This document shows, piece by piece, positions 27,705-37,087 of a stretch of 64,000 bases of DNA. Within the stretch, counting starts at the first letter, position 1, and each line of letters starts with the position of its first letter. Under the pieces are notes generated by a model. It was not told the DNA's origin and made no database searches. It saw only the letters and a program-made list of their open reading frames with translations. The DNA comes from an uncultured Candidatus Saccharibacteria bacterium. Its GTDB lineage: Bacteria > Patescibacteriota > Minisyncoccia > Minisyncoccales > CSSED10-335. The stretch is from assembly GCA_964586065.1 (NCBI GenBank), contig CAZPFW010000001.1, positions 131,614-195,613 of the forward strand, in the 5' to 3' direction. Made by a program: the position numbers and the translations under genes.

Positions 27705-28220
27705 TTATATTGATTTCCTTCTAAATATCTTTTTGTTGGAAGTGTCTTGTGTGGTCATCTTAACACTCTCTTTCTTTTCTCTTCTTGGCTTTACTTTCAT
27801 CTTGAGATCTTTAACCTCTTCCACTTTTTCCACTAAGACCGCTTCTGGCTTTTTAATCTCTTTCTTATTGGCAGATTTCTTTGATTCCTTTATCTCTTTC
27901 AAAACAATTGTAACGTGACTCGTCTTTTTCTGTATCGGTGAAGCCGATCCTCTTGCTCTTGGCATCCATCTTTTCAATTTAGGACCTTCGTCAACTCTTA
28001 TTTCTGAAACATAGAGATTTGATTCTTCTAAATTATAGTCGTTTTTGGCCGTGGCAACTGCTGAATTTAGGAGTTTAAGTAAAGGATCTGTTGCCCTCTT
28101 TGGAGTAAATGTAAGAAATCCCTTCGTTTTAGGGACAGTCTCACCTCTCATCTGATCCGCAACGAGTCGAACTTTCCTTGGGGCAATTCTTAAATATCTC
28201 AATTTTACTTTAACCTCCAT
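27705..28220 (-). CDS. rplV: 50S ribosomal protein L22 with Lys-rich C-terminal extension
   Basis: LRIAPRKVRLVADQMRG, EGP.LKR..PRARG.A..I.K.TSH. About 60 extra K/E-rich residues at the C-terminus. Confidence 0.9.
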   Translation of the reverse strand: MEVKVKLRYLRIAPRKVRLVADQMRGETVPKTKGFLTFTPKRATDPLLKLLNSAVATAKNDYNLEESNLYVSEIRVDEGPKLKRWMPRARGSASPIQKKTSHVTIVLKEIKESKKSANKKEIKKPEAVLVEKVEEVKDLKMKVKPRREKKESVKMTTQDTSNKKIFRRKSI

Positions 28221-28222
28221 AA

Positions 28223-28507
28223 TTATTTCTTGGATTTTTCTATTTCTCTCTGCATCTTTCCTCCATGCCTTATAAACTTTGTGGTGGGAGAAAATTCTCC
28301 GAGTTTATGACCAACCATATCTTCGGTAACTTGAACCACGATATGTTCCTTACCATTGTGAACTCCGAAACTGTAGCCGATCATTTCCGGTGTTATGGTG
28401 GCGCTACGCGCCCATGTCTTAATGGCAGCTCCTCCGGGCTTCGAATTCTTCACCTTTTTCATCAACTTCTCGTCGATATATGGTCCTTTTTTAATACTTC
28501 TGGACAT
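28223..28507 (-). CDS. rpsS: 30S ribosomal protein S19
   Basis: [16 protein letters not shown]...[27 protein letters not shown]. Confidence 0.95.
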   Translation of the reverse strand: MSRSIKKGPYIDEKLMKKVKNSKPGGAAIKTWARSATITPEMIGYSFGVHNGKEHIVVQVTEDMVGHKLGEFSPTTKFIRHGGKMQREIEKSKK

Positions 28508-28512
28508 ATTTA

Positions 28513-29295
28513 TTATCTTCTCTTCTTCCTTCTTCTTTTAATAATTAAATGATTCGTATTTTTTCTTCTTCTTGTTTTCCCTCCGATAGCGATCTTACCC
28601 CAAGGAGTTTTAGGCGCCGGCATTCCGATAGGAGCCCTCCCTTCTCCGCCACCATGGGGGTGATCCACCGGATTCATTGCAGAACCTCTCACCGATGGCC
28701 TGCGTCCCAATCTTCTGCTGACTCCCGCTTTCTTAATCTTCTTATATCTGTGTTCCGGATTAGAGATCATCCCGATTGAAGCAAAGCAATCTCCGTGTAT
28801 CTTTCTTATCTCTTTTGAAGGCATCTCTATCGTTGTATATTTGCCTTCGTGAGCCATGATTTTGGCTCCCGATCCGGCTGATCTTACAAATTGACCTCCC
28901 TTATTCGGAATAAATTCAATATTATGAACTATCGTACCAACAGGAACATTTTTAATCTTCATTCTGTTTCCGATCTTTAACTCGGATTTTTCAGAGACAA
29001 CCAGCTCATCCTCTTCTTTCAATCCGTGAGGTGCGATGATATATGACTGATCTCCGTTCTGATACTCCACTAAAGCGATGTTAGCGGTTCTGTAGGGGTC
29101 ATACTCAAAACGAATGACTCTGAAGGGATCATCCAGTCTTCTCTGTTTAAAATCAACGAGACGATAGAGCCTTTTCACCCCTCCCCCCCTATGTCTTACG
29201 GTTATTCTCCCCGAACTTCCTCTTCCTGCTCTCTGCTTAAGCTTAATTACAAGTCTTTTCGGGGGTCTTTCTTTTGTAAGTGTTTGTTTACTCAT
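28513..29295 (-). CDS. rplB: 50S ribosomal protein L2
   Basis: GR...[44 protein letters not shown]. Confidence 0.95.
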   Translation of the reverse strand: MSKQTLTKERPPKRLVIKLKQRAGRGSSGRITVRHRGGGVKRLYRLVDFKQRRLDDPFRVIRFEYDPYRTANIALVEYQNGDQSYIIAPHGLKEEDELVVSEKSELKIGNRMKIKNVPVGTIVHNIEFIPNKGGQFVRSAGSGAKIMAHEGKYTTIEMPSKEIRKIHGDCFASIGMISNPEHRYKKIKKAGVSRRLGRRPSVRGSAMNPVDHPHGGGEGRAPIGMPAPKTPWGKIAIGGKTRRRKNTNHLIIKRRRKKRR

Positions 29296-29350
29296 CTCTT
29301 TGCGTCAACCCCGTCATTTAAACATAAAAAGGGGCCTTGGTCAAGTTAAG

Positions 29351-29704
29351 TTACTTGGTCATTAAATCTATTCTTTCTCCTTTTTTCAACTGGACCACCG
29401 CTTTTTTAAGCCCTTTTCTCCACCCGGTGTACCTTCCAAGCCTCTTCTTTTTTTTGGGAAGCTTAATGATGTTTACGCTTAAAGGGTTAACTCCGTAGAG
29501 TTCTTTTATCGCCTTTTTAACCTCAATCTTATTGGCATTTTCCGTAACTTCAAAAACATATCTGTTCTCTTTCTCCAAATCAGTCGTCTTCTCACTTATA
29601 TGAGGTTTGACAATCGTCTTCCATGCAAGACGTTCTGTAATTGAAGGCGTGGAACCTTTCTCTTCTCTCTCCCTATCTGTTTTTTTCTTACCAAAAATAG
29701 CCAT
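29351..29704 (-). CDS. rplW: 50S ribosomal protein L23 with N-terminal extension
   Basis: I.KPHISEKT, YVFEV...ANK.EVKKAI.ELYGV.P..VN; position between rplD and rplB. Confidence 0.9.
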   Translation of the reverse strand: MAIFGKKKTDREREEKGSTPSITERLAWKTIVKPHISEKTTDLEKENRYVFEVTENANKIEVKKAIKELYGVNPLSVNIIKLPKKKKRLGRYTGWRKGLKKAVVQLKKGERIDLMTK

Positions 29705-29709
29705 CTTTT

Positions 29710-30357
29710 TTATGCCTTACTTAAATTATCTTTTAAAAATGTCTCTTTTATCTTGGCTACGGAGTCCGGAGTCATGATCAACTTTTTAAAAGAAAGAATA
29801 TTCAAGGCAGTTAAGTCTTTAGCTTGAATCGACTCGGTTTTGGGAATATTTCTAAAGCTTAAAACTATATTCTTATCCGGCTCGGATAAAACAACTAATC
29901 CACTCTTGTCTGATAATGGAAGTTTTTCTAATATTGACTGAGCAATCCTTGCCTGAGGTTTTTTAATGCCAAAATTATCAATAAGAATCAACTCATCATC
30001 ATTAACTTTTGAAGAGAGCGCCATAAAGAGAGCCTTTCTCTTCATCTTTTGAGGTATGGTTTTTTTATAATTTTTTTCAGATTTAGGTCCAAAAGTAACA
30101 CCTCCGCCAACCCAGATCGGAGATCGTCTTGATCCGTGTCTTGCTCTCCCAGTTCCTTTTTGTCTCCATGGTTTTTTACCACCGCCACTGACATCTCCCC
30201 TGTCTTTTGTGTGAGCGCTTGATTGTCTTTTGTTGGCCATCTGCGAGACAATTACTTGATGGAGCAAATCTGAGTTAATCTCTACATTAAAGATCTCATC
30301 GGGAAGATCTGTCTTACCAACCTTTTCTCCTTTTTGATTGTAAAGATTTATCTTCAT
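29710..30357 (-). CDS. rplD: 50S ribosomal protein L4
   Basis: SAHTKDRGDVSGGGKKPWRQKGTGRARHGS.RSPIWVGGGV.FGP. Confidence 0.95.
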   Translation of the reverse strand: MKINLYNQKGEKVGKTDLPDEIFNVEINSDLLHQVIVSQMANKRQSSAHTKDRGDVSGGGKKPWRQKGTGRARHGSRRSPIWVGGGVTFGPKSEKNYKKTIPQKMKRKALFMALSSKVNDDELILIDNFGIKKPQARIAQSILEKLPLSDKSGLVVLSEPDKNIVLSFRNIPKTESIQAKDLTALNILSFKKLIMTPDSVAKIKETFLKDNLSKA

Positions 30358-30362
30358 GTCTT

Positions 30363-30959
30363 CTATCCACGAATCTCAAGGAGAGTTCCTCTGGCACCGG
30401 GAATAGCTCCTTTTATCGCCATAATGTTTTTATCGGCATCAATCTTGATGATCTTAAGACCTTTTACCGTTACTCTATCCGCTCCCATTCTTCCCGGCAT
30501 CTTTCTTCCCTTAATGACTCTTTGCGGAAAGGCGCTGCCCACCGACCCTATTTTTCTCTTGTTATGCTTAATTCCATGCGAAGCCAATGCTCCCCCAAAA
30601 CCCCATCTCTTAACTCCTCCTTGAAATCCTTTTCCTTTTGAAATCCCCGAAACGGTCACCTTGTCACCTTCTTCAAAGAGAGACACATCCAACAACTCTT
30701 TTTCCGGATAATCTTTCTCATCAAGAATAGTAAATTCTTTAATGTGCTTAAAATTTGATCCTCTGGCAGACTTCTTTTCTTTTCTGCTTTTATCTATTGG
30801 GTCAAGTCCGAGCCGAACTGACTGATATCCGTCAGTCTCTTTCGTCTTCTTCTGAATTACTTTACACGGACCAGCCTCAACCAAAGTCACCGGAACAACA
30901 TCTCCGTCTTTGTTGAATATATGAGACATTCCAATCTTTTTTCCTAAAATAAATTTCAT
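30363..30959 (-). CDS. rplC: 50S ribosomal protein L3
   Basis: ILGKKIGMSHIF...G..VPVTLVEAGPC, ISKGKGFQGGVKRWGF.G, G.RMPGRMG. Start set at MKFILGKK; the track start at 30983 adds 8 residues that abut a GC hairpin. Confidence 0.9.
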   Translation of the reverse strand: MKFILGKKIGMSHIFNKDGDVVPVTLVEAGPCKVIQKKTKETDGYQSVRLGLDPIDKSRKEKKSARGSNFKHIKEFTILDEKDYPEKELLDVSLFEEGDKVTVSGISKGKGFQGGVKRWGFGGALASHGIKHNKRKIGSVGSAFPQRVIKGRKMPGRMGADRVTVKGLKIIKIDADKNIMAIKGAIPGARGTLLEIRG

Positions 30960-30983
30960 AACAACATTAAACCTGACGTGCAA

Positions 30984-31006
30984 GGGTCGGGATTGGCGCC
31001 CGACCC
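30984..31006 (-). other. GC-rich stem-loop in the rpsJ-rplC spacer
   Basis: GGGTCGGG (30984-30991) and CCCGACCC (30999-31006) form a perfect 8-bp G/C-rich stem with a 7-nt loop. No U-tract follows on the minus strand (UUGCACG). Confidence 0.5.
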
Positions 31007-31031
31007 CGCCGTAATCAATTCAGTATTAACC

Positions 31032-31379
31032 CTACATCTTAATTTCGATATCAACCCCAGCAGGAAGCGTTAAATTCATTAATGCGTCAATTACCTTAGG
31101 GTTTGGGTTTATTATGTCAACAAGTCTTTTATGAGTTCTTATCTCAAACTGCTCTCTTGCATCTTTATGAACAAAAGAAGACCTGTTAACTGTATACTTT
31201 CTAATATCTGTGGGAAGTGGAACCGGTCCAACAACCTCGCTACCGTAACGCAACACAGTTTCAACTATCTGCCTCGCACTATTGTCAATCACTTTGTGAT
31301 CATAGGCTTTGAGTCTAATATGAATCCGTGTCTTCGTATCCTCTTTTACTGTCTTTCTGGCAGCCATCTTTATTGGCAA
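31032..31379 (-). CDS. rpsJ: 30S ribosomal protein S10
   Basis: [27 protein letters not shown]....YTV.RS....K..REQFE.RTHKRL.DI. Confidence 0.95.
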   Translation of the reverse strand: MPIKMAARKTVKEDTKTRIHIRLKAYDHKVIDNSARQIVETVLRYGSEVVGPVPLPTDIRKYTVNRSSFVHKDAREQFEIRTHKRLVDIINPNPKVIDALMNLTLPAGVDIEIKM

Positions 31380-31383
31380 AATA

Positions 31384-32583
31384 CTAATTAATTATCTTGG
31401 TTACCACTCCAGCTCCAACAGTTCTTCCTCCTTCTCTCACGGCAAATCTTTGCTGTTCTTCCATTGCAATCGGAGCAATCAACTTAACTTTTACATTAGC
31501 TGTGTCTCCAGGCATCACCATTTCTTTGCCTTCGGCCAAATTAACTTCAGCGGTAACATCAGTTGTTCTAAAGAAGAATTGAGGTTTGTATCCAGAGAAG
31601 AAAGGTGTGTGTCTTCCTCCCTCTTCTTTAGTAAGAGCATATATCTCCGCTTCAAATTCAGTGTGAGGCGTTATGGACCCGGGCTTTGCGATAACTTGCC
31701 CTCTTTCTATGTCTTCCTTCTTCAATCCTCTCAAAAGCAATCCGACGTTATCTCCAGCTTGACCTTGATCAAGAATCTTATTAAACATCTCAACACTAAC
31801 AACAGTCGTTTTGCTAGTTGGTCGAAGTCCGACTATCTCAACCTCTTCGTTAGCATTTACAACTCCTCTCTCTATTCTACCCGTTGCGACTGTTCCTCTA
31901 CCTGCGATAGAGAAGACATCTTCAACTGCCATAAGGGCCGGCTTGTCAATATCTCTTTGTGGCTCCGGAATATACTCATCAAGAGCTTTAACCAACTCCA
32001 TGATTGGCTTTGTCGCCTCATCGTCTTTAGATGTCGCTTCAACTGCTTTGAGAGCCGATCCTCTTATTACGGGAATCTCATCTCCGGGATATTCATATTT
32101 CTTCAATAACTCTCTTACCTCATCCTCAACAAGATCAATCATTTCAGGATCATCCACCATATCAACCTTGTTAATAAAGACCACTAATGAAGGAAGGCCA
32201 ACTTGCTTGGCAAGAAGGATGTGTTCTCTGGTTTGAGGCATCGGGCCGTCTACAGCTGAAACAACAAGAATTCCTCCATCCATCTGAGCAGCACCGGTAA
32301 TCATATTCTTAACATAGTCTGCGTGTCCGGGACAATCAATATGAGCGTAATGTCTATTCTCACTCTCATACTCAAGATGAGAAATTGAGATGGTTAATCC
32401 TCTGGCCTTTTCTTCGGGGGCAGCATCTATCTGTTCAACACTCTTATCAGATGATATCAGACCGTAAAGAGAAAGTGTTTTAAGGATGGCTGCTGTAAGG
32501 GTTGTCTTCCCATGATCAACGTGACCGATAGTTCCAACGTTAACGTGAGGCTTTCCTCTTTCAAATTTTGTTTTCTCTGCCAT
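31384..32583 (-). CDS. tuf: elongation factor Tu
   Basis: [25 protein letters not shown]; 399 aa. Confidence 0.98.
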   Translation of the reverse strand: MAEKTKFERGKPHVNVGTIGHVDHGKTTLTAAILKTLSLYGLISSDKSVEQIDAAPEEKARGLTISISHLEYESENRHYAHIDCPGHADYVKNMITGAAQMDGGILVVSAVDGPMPQTREHILLAKQVGLPSLVVFINKVDMVDDPEMIDLVEDEVRELLKKYEYPGDEIPVIRGSALKAVEATSKDDEATKPIMELVKALDEYIPEPQRDIDKPALMAVEDVFSIAGRGTVATGRIERGVVNANEEVEIVGLRPTSKTTVVSVEMFNKILDQGQAGDNVGLLLRGLKKEDIERGQVIAKPGSITPHTEFEAEIYALTKEEGGRHTPFFSGYKPQFFFRTTDVTAEVNLAEGKEMVMPGDTANVKVKLIAPIAMEEQQRFAVREGGRTVGAGVVTKIIN

Positions 32584-32642
32584 GATTTTATTTTTACTTT
32601 TTAAAAATTATTTATCTTATTTTTTATCTCGAAGTCTTTATC

Positions 32643-32670
32643 ATTCTATTCATTTTTTAAAAAAAGTCAA
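32643..32670 (-). promoter_or_regulatory. putative internal promoter upstream of tuf
   Basis: Minus strand TTGACT (32670-32665), 16 nt, TAGAAT (32648-32643), in the 87-nt AT-rich fusA-tuf spacer. Confidence 0.4.
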
Positions 32671-34776
32671 TTATCTCTTTTTCCCCTCAATAACGTCCTG
32701 CGCTATATTGGCCGGCAACTCGCTATAATGGTCAAACTCCATGATGGAGTTCCCTCTACCTTCAGTAAGAGATCTAAGTGAGGTAACGTAACCAAACATT
32801 TCGGAAAGAGGAACTTTGGCATTGATAACCTTCATTCCCATCATATCTTCGGTCTCTTCGATCTTACCTCTCCTTGAAGAGATATCCCCTATGATGTCTC
32901 CCAAGAATTCTGCCGGAACTGTTATTTCAACCTTCATCACTGGCTCAAGAAGAACCGGTCTCGCTTTTTTGCAAGCTTCTTGGAAAGCCATTGCACCAGC
33001 AATCTTGAAAGCAATCTCAGAAGAGTCAACTTCGTGAAAAGACCCATCATAGAGAGTAACCTTCAAGTCTGATATCGGATAACCGGCCACCACACCCTTG
33101 CCGCAACTTTCTTTGATTCCTTTCTCAACCGCCGGGATGTACTCTCTTGGAATAACTCCCCCCTTAATCTCATCGACGAACTCGAAACCTTCTCCCTCTT
33201 CTTTGGGCTCAACTCTGACGCAAACATGACCATATTGTCCCCGTCCCCCGCTCTGCTTAACATATTTACCTTCGGCTTCAGCAGAGTTTCTAATCGTTTC
33301 TCTGTATGCAACTTGGGGTCTTCCGACTTGGGCGTCAACTTTAAACTCTCTCTTCATTCTGTCCACCAATATTTCGAGATGCAACTCTCCCATTCCAGCG
33401 ATAACCGTCTCTCCCGTTTCTTGATCAGTTTTTATCTTAAAAGTTGGGTCTTCATCAGCTAATTTCTTTAAAGCTATTCCCATCTTCTCTTGATCCACTT
33501 TCGTTTTAGGCTCTATTCTGATGGATATTACTGGTTCAGGAAAAGTTATCTCTTCCAAAATTATCGGGTTGTTATTATCACACAGAGTATGACCGGTTGA
33601 TGTATTTTTAAGTCCTATCGTAGCTGCGATATCTCCCGCAAAAACCTCTTTCACATCTTCTCTTTCCGAAGAATGCATTCTGATTATCCTGCTAATTCGC
33701 TCATTCTCTCCAGTGGTTGAATTAAGAACATAGGAACCGGTAGTTAGACTTCCCGAATAAACCCTGAAGTATGTCAGAGTTCCGACAAAAGGGTCTGTGG
33801 CAATCTTAAAAGACAAAGCTGCAAAAGGTTCGTTGTCATCAGGTTTTCTGACAATCGTGTCTCCGCTCTTTGGATCAGTTCCCTCTACCGGAGGAATATC
33901 TATCGGTGAAGGAAGATAATCACAAACTGCGTCAAGCATTAATTGAACTCCTTTCTTTTTAAGCGCAGTTCCGCAAAGAACAGGTATAATCTTACAAGCG
34001 ACAGTCGCTCTTCTGATTACCGCGACGATCTCTTCTCTTGTTATATCTTCTTTCTCCAGGTATTTTTCAAAGAGAAATTCGTCTTCAGTGGCAATCTTCT
34101 CAAGCATCTTTTCTCTCCATTCATTTGCAGTCTCGGTCATATCCGAAGGAATCTCGGAAACAACCATTTCCTGTCCAAAATCACCTTTAAATTCAATGAG
34201 TTTCATATCGATAAGGTCAATAACTCCTCTAAAATCACTTTCTGTCCCAACGGGAATCTGAAGAGCTACCGCATTCGGAGTCAATTTCTTCCATATCGTA
34301 TCAATGGCAAAATCAAACGACGCCCCCATTCTGTCAAGCTTATTGATAAAACATATTCTGGGAGTCATGAATTTATCCGCTTGACGCCAAACGGTTTCGG
34401 TTTGCGGTTGCACACCGGCGACCCCGTCAAATACAACGACAGCGCCATCTAAAACTCTCAATGATCTCTGAACTTCCGCGGTGAAATCAATATGACCCGG
34501 GGTATCTATTATATTTATACGATGCTCATAATTTTTGTCTCCGGACCTGTAAGTCGGTATCCAAAAACATGTGGTCGCTGCAGATGTAATTGTTATTCCC
34601 CTCTCTTTTTCTTGCTCCATCCAGTCCATAATCGCAGCTCCTTCATGAACTTCTCCCATCTTATGCGATATTCCGGTATAGAATAAGACACATTCAGAGA
34701 CTGTCGTTTTCCCTGCATCTATATGAGCAATGATTCCGATATTTCTATATTTTTCTATCTTGTATTCTCTTGACAT
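32671..34776 (-). CDS. fusA: elongation factor G
   Basis: [22 protein letters not shown], and domains II-V collinear; 701 aa. Confidence 0.98.
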   Translation of the reverse strand: MSREYKIEKYRNIGIIAHIDAGKTTVSECVLFYTGISHKMGEVHEGAAIMDWMEQEKERGITITSAATTCFWIPTYRSGDKNYEHRINIIDTPGHIDFTAEVQRSLRVLDGAVVVFDGVAGVQPQTETVWRQADKFMTPRICFINKLDRMGASFDFAIDTIWKKLTPNAVALQIPVGTESDFRGVIDLIDMKLIEFKGDFGQEMVVSEIPSDMTETANEWREKMLEKIATEDEFLFEKYLEKEDITREEIVAVIRRATVACKIIPVLCGTALKKKGVQLMLDAVCDYLPSPIDIPPVEGTDPKSGDTIVRKPDDNEPFAALSFKIATDPFVGTLTYFRVYSGSLTTGSYVLNSTTGENERISRIIRMHSSEREDVKEVFAGDIAATIGLKNTSTGHTLCDNNNPIILEEITFPEPVISIRIEPKTKVDQEKMGIALKKLADEDPTFKIKTDQETGETVIAGMGELHLEILVDRMKREFKVDAQVGRPQVAYRETIRNSAEAEGKYVKQSGGRGQYGHVCVRVEPKEEGEGFEFVDEIKGGVIPREYIPAVEKGIKESCGKGVVAGYPISDLKVTLYDGSFHEVDSSEIAFKIAGAMAFQEACKKARPVLLEPVMKVEITVPAEFLGDIIGDISSRRGKIEETEDMMGMKVINAKVPLSEMFGYVTSLRSLTEGRGNSIMEFDHYSELPANIAQDVIEGKKR

Positions 34777-34816
34777 AATGAAAGCCGCTTTTAAAAAGCG
34801 TTAAATAATCTATAAA

Positions 34817-35284
34817 TTACCAAGCAAAGTGGGCAAAAGCCTTATTAGCTTCGGCCATTCTATGAACGTCCTCTTTCTTCTTAATCGCCGTTCCTGTATT
34901 AGAGGCGGCATTCAAAAGTTCTTCGGCAAGCTTCTCTTTCATGGGTCTTCCTTTCCTGGACTTGGCTGAATTGATAATCCATCTACTTGCCAAACTAAAT
35001 CTCCTATCCTTTCCAACAGGAATTGGAACTTGATAAGTAGCCCCTCCAACTCTTTTTGACCTTACTTCCATAGAAGGAGAAACATTATCAATTGCAGATT
35101 CGAAAATCGAAAGCGGATCTTTTTTCTTCTCTGCGACAATATCAAGAGCATCATAAACAACTCTTCTTGCCACAGATTTCTTCCCCCTCTCCATAAGATA
35201 ATTAATGAACTTAGAGAGAGCAACGCTGTTATATCTCACATCCGGAGCTATCTCTCTATCAATAATTTTTGTCCTTCTTCCCAT
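34817..35284 (-). CDS. rpsG: 30S ribosomal protein S7
   Basis: PD.RYNS....KFIN.LM..GKKS.A...[31 protein letters not shown]. Confidence 0.95.
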   Translation of the reverse strand: MGRRTKIIDREIAPDVRYNSVALSKFINYLMERGKKSVARRVVYDALDIVAEKKKDPLSIFESAIDNVSPSMEVRSKRVGGATYQVPIPVGKDRRFSLASRWIINSAKSRKGRPMKEKLAEELLNAASNTGTAIKKKEDVHRMAEANKAFAHFAW

Positions 35285-35297
35285 CTTTTAATTTAAG

Positions 35298-35705
35298 TTA
35301 TTTCTTCTTGGTCCCATATTTACTTCTGCTTCTCTTTCTATTCTCCACTCCTCCCGCATCCAAGACTCCTCTGACAACGTGATACCTTACTCCAGCAAGA
35401 TCTTTGACTTTTCCTCCTCTGATAACCGCAACTGAATGTTCTTGAAGATTATGACCTATACCGGGGATGTAAGCGGTAACTTCCATTCCATTACTTAATC
35501 TCATTCTTGCAACCTTTCTTAATGCAGAGTTCGGTTTCTTGGGAGTGACGGTAAACACCTTAATACAGACACCTCTTTTAAAAGGAGAGGGGTATTTCTT
35601 ACTCTTGTTCTTTATGGTATTGAATCCAAAGGAGAGAGCTGGTGTCTTACTGCTCTTTTGAACTTTCTTTCTTCCTTTTCTTACCAATTGGTTTACCGTA
35701 GGCAT
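35298..35705 (-). CDS. rpsL: 30S ribosomal protein S12
   Basis: [62 protein letters not shown]. Confidence 0.98.
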   Translation of the reverse strand: MPTVNQLVRKGRKKVQKSSKTPALSFGFNTIKNKSKKYPSPFKRGVCIKVFTVTPKKPNSALRKVARMRLSNGMEVTAYIPGIGHNLQEHSVAVIRGGKVKDLAGVRYHVVRGVLDAGGVENRKRSRSKYGTKKK

Positions 35706-35766
35706 CTGATTTTAGAAATTTAAAAATAATTAAGGTTAAAGGCAATCTTAATTGCTTATCAAAAGC

Positions 35767-35794
35767 ATAATACAAAAAGAGGACAAAAAGTCAA
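35767..35794 (-). promoter_or_regulatory. putative promoter of the rpsL-rpsG-fusA (str) operon
   Basis: Minus strand TTGACT (35794-35789), 16 nt, TATTAT (35772-35767), leaving a leader of roughly 55-60 nt before rpsL. Confidence 0.5.
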
Positions 35795-35804
35795 TACTCA
35801 AAAA

Positions 35805-36482
35805 CTATACTCCTATTATTATTTTAAAGATTATAAGAACAGCTTGAATAATATACGGGAAGAATTTCAAAAATAAAAAGAGAAGCAGGAAAACTCCGAT
35901 GAATCCGATTTTAGCAAATAATCGAGCCGTCTTCTCTTCAATTGAAGGAAATATCGTAAAAAGGATATGAGATCCATCAAGCGGAGGAATTGGCATTAAA
36001 TTAAATACCGCCAAAAGAGTGTTTATAAAAACTATGACCAAGCACAGATAAAAAACTTGCCCCCAAAAGCCCGCCGTTATTGCAGTCTCGGTGGAGTAAA
36101 GAAAATTACCAACTATTGCCCCCTTCATCTCCGAAGCCAAAGGAATCAGACGAGATCCTATTCCGAATAACGCAGCTATCAAAAGATTGGAAAGCGGTCC
36201 GGCCAAAGAAACTTTAAGCCGTCCATATTTTTGATCATTGAAATTGTAAGGATTTATCGGCACCGGCTTAGCCCACCCAACAATAAAAGGGGCTCGCATT
36301 GCTATCAACAGGAAGGGAACAAAGAAAGATCCGACGGGATCAAGATGCTTGAGAGGATTAAGTGTTAATCTTTCTGCATATTTGGCAGTAGGATCTCCTA
36401 TTGAATTAGCCATACCTCCATGAGCCACCTCATGAATGACGATTGAGAATATAAGGATTGCTATAATAAAAACTGTTTCCAT
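35805..36482 (-). CDS. small M50-family (site-2 protease-like) membrane metalloprotease
   Basis: HEVAHG in TM1 and NLMPIPPLDGSHIL in a later TM; about six hydrophobic segments and no PDZ. Confidence 0.75.
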   Translation of the reverse strand: METVFIIAILIFSIVIHEVAHGGMANSIGDPTAKYAERLTLNPLKHLDPVGSFFVPFLLIAMRAPFIVGWAKPVPINPYNFNDQKYGRLKVSLAGPLSNLLIAALFGIGSRLIPLASEMKGAIVGNFLYSTETAITAGFWGQVFYLCLVIVFINTLLAVFNLMPIPPLDGSHILFTIFPSIEEKTARLFAKIGFIGVFLLLFLFLKFFPYIIQAVLIIFKIIIGV

Positions 36483-36516
36483 CTTTTGTTTTTAATAATA
36501 TCACATTCTTTTGCTC

Positions 36517-36544
36517 TTGTAAAAATAAGATATTGGTGTATATT
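36517..36544 (+). promoter_or_regulatory. possible promoter for rpmB-tRNA-Pro
   Basis: TTGTAA (36517-36522), 16 nt, TATATT (36539-36544), preceded by TG. Confidence 0.3.
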
Positions 36545-36578
36545 ACGAATACAGATTAATAATATTTAAGTCTAAATT

Positions 36579-36791
36579 ATGTCCAGAGAATGCGTTGTCT
36601 GTAAAAAGAAGACCGTCATTTCCAACCAAAGAAAGAAATTGATGTCCAAATACAATCCGACTCCCAAAAAGAGAAAATACCCGAATATTCAATCGATTTT
36701 TGTACCTGAAGACGCTCCGGCTCTATTTAAAGAGTTTGCCGGTAAAAGAATTAAAGCTTGTACAAAGTGCATCAAGGCCCTCTCGAAATAA
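36579..36791 (+). CDS. rpmB: 50S ribosomal protein L28 (divergent)
   Basis: MSRECVVCKKKTVISNQR... parallels the L28 N-terminus (MSR.C...GK....GN.RSH), and KRKYPNIQSIFV parallels KR.F.PNLQ. 70 aa and basic. Confidence 0.65.
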   Translation: MSRECVVCKKKTVISNQRKKLMSKYNPTPKKRKYPNIQSIFVPEDAPALFKEFAGKRIKACTKCIKALSK

Positions 36792-36798
36792 CGGTGGA

Positions 36799-36870
36799 CA
36801 GGCCGTAGTGTTAACGGCAGCACGAGTCCATGGGGTGGATTTAGTCCGAGTTCAAATCTCGGCGGCCTGA
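36799..36870 (+). tRNA. tRNA-Pro (anticodon GGG)
   Basis: Folded by hand. Acceptor CAGGCCG/CGGCCTG, D stem GTGT/GCAC with GG in the loop, anticodon stem AGTCC/GGATT, loop AT-GGG-GT, T arm CCGAG-TTCAAAT-CTCGG, discriminator A. CCA is not encoded. Confidence 0.85.
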
Positions 36871-36871
36871 A

Positions 36872-37046
36872 TGAAAAACGAAGAATCTTTCTTCGTTTTT
36901 TTAATAAAATAAAAGGACCCCGACAACTCTAGGGAAAGATCTTTAAAAATCCACTGGTGGGTGCCGAAGTCTCAACCCACGGGCTGAGAATCATATCCGA
37001 CTCCCTTGGGAAGTTTATTACAGATTTTCCAAAGAATCAGGGTCCT
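36872..37046 (-). ncRNA. candidate structured small RNA of unknown class
   Basis: Its own promoter lies 7 nt upstream (see 37053-37080). RNA residues 1-11 (AGGACCCUGAU) pair with 123-133 (GUCGGGGUCCU). A second 12-position helix pairs CUUUGGAAAAUC with GGAUUUUUAAAG. The apical hairpin is GUGGGU...C(UUCG)G...ACCCAC. It ends in UUUUAUUUU plus the 36877-36902 terminator. No ORF is present. Confidence 0.55.
36877..36902. terminator. bidirectional intrinsic terminator
   Basis: AACGAAGA-ATCTT-TCTTCGTT (8 bp), flanked by an A-run upstream and a T-run downstream. It can therefore terminate the plus-strand rpmB/tRNA-Pro transcript and the minus-strand sRNA/adk-like transcripts. Confidence 0.7.
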
Positions 37047-37052
37047 GAAATG

Positions 37053-37080
37053 ATTTTATCTTTTAGAAAGATAAAGTCAA
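37053..37080 (-). promoter_or_regulatory. putative promoter of the candidate sRNA
   Basis: Minus strand TTGACT (37080-37075), 16 nt, TAAAAT (37058-37053). The A at 37046, first base of the closing helix, lies 7 nt downstream. Confidence 0.5.
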
Positions 37081-37087
37081 TAGATCA

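Noticed and set aside
30960-30983. N-terminal 8 residues of the track's L3 ORF (MHVRFNVV)
   Set aside because: The conserved L3 N-terminus begins at MKFILGKKIGM, and the extra codons abut the GC-rich hairpin. I treated them as non-coding.
31450-32109. 219-aa plus-strand ORF, plus 141-aa (31811-32236) and 61-aa neighbours
   Set aside because: They lie entirely antisense to the highly conserved tuf gene and have low-complexity Ser/Phe/Leu-rich translations. These are shadow ORFs.
33943-34452. 169-aa plus-strand ORF
   Set aside because: It is antisense to fusA. This is a shadow ORF.
36914-37046. Possibility that the structured RNA is the small SRP (4.5S) RNA
   Set aside because: Neither strand contains the conserved helix-8 signature (GNRA tetraloop flanked by AGG ... 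GGAAGCAGC-type loops), and there is no AGCA at all. I left it as an unknown class pending a covariance-model search.
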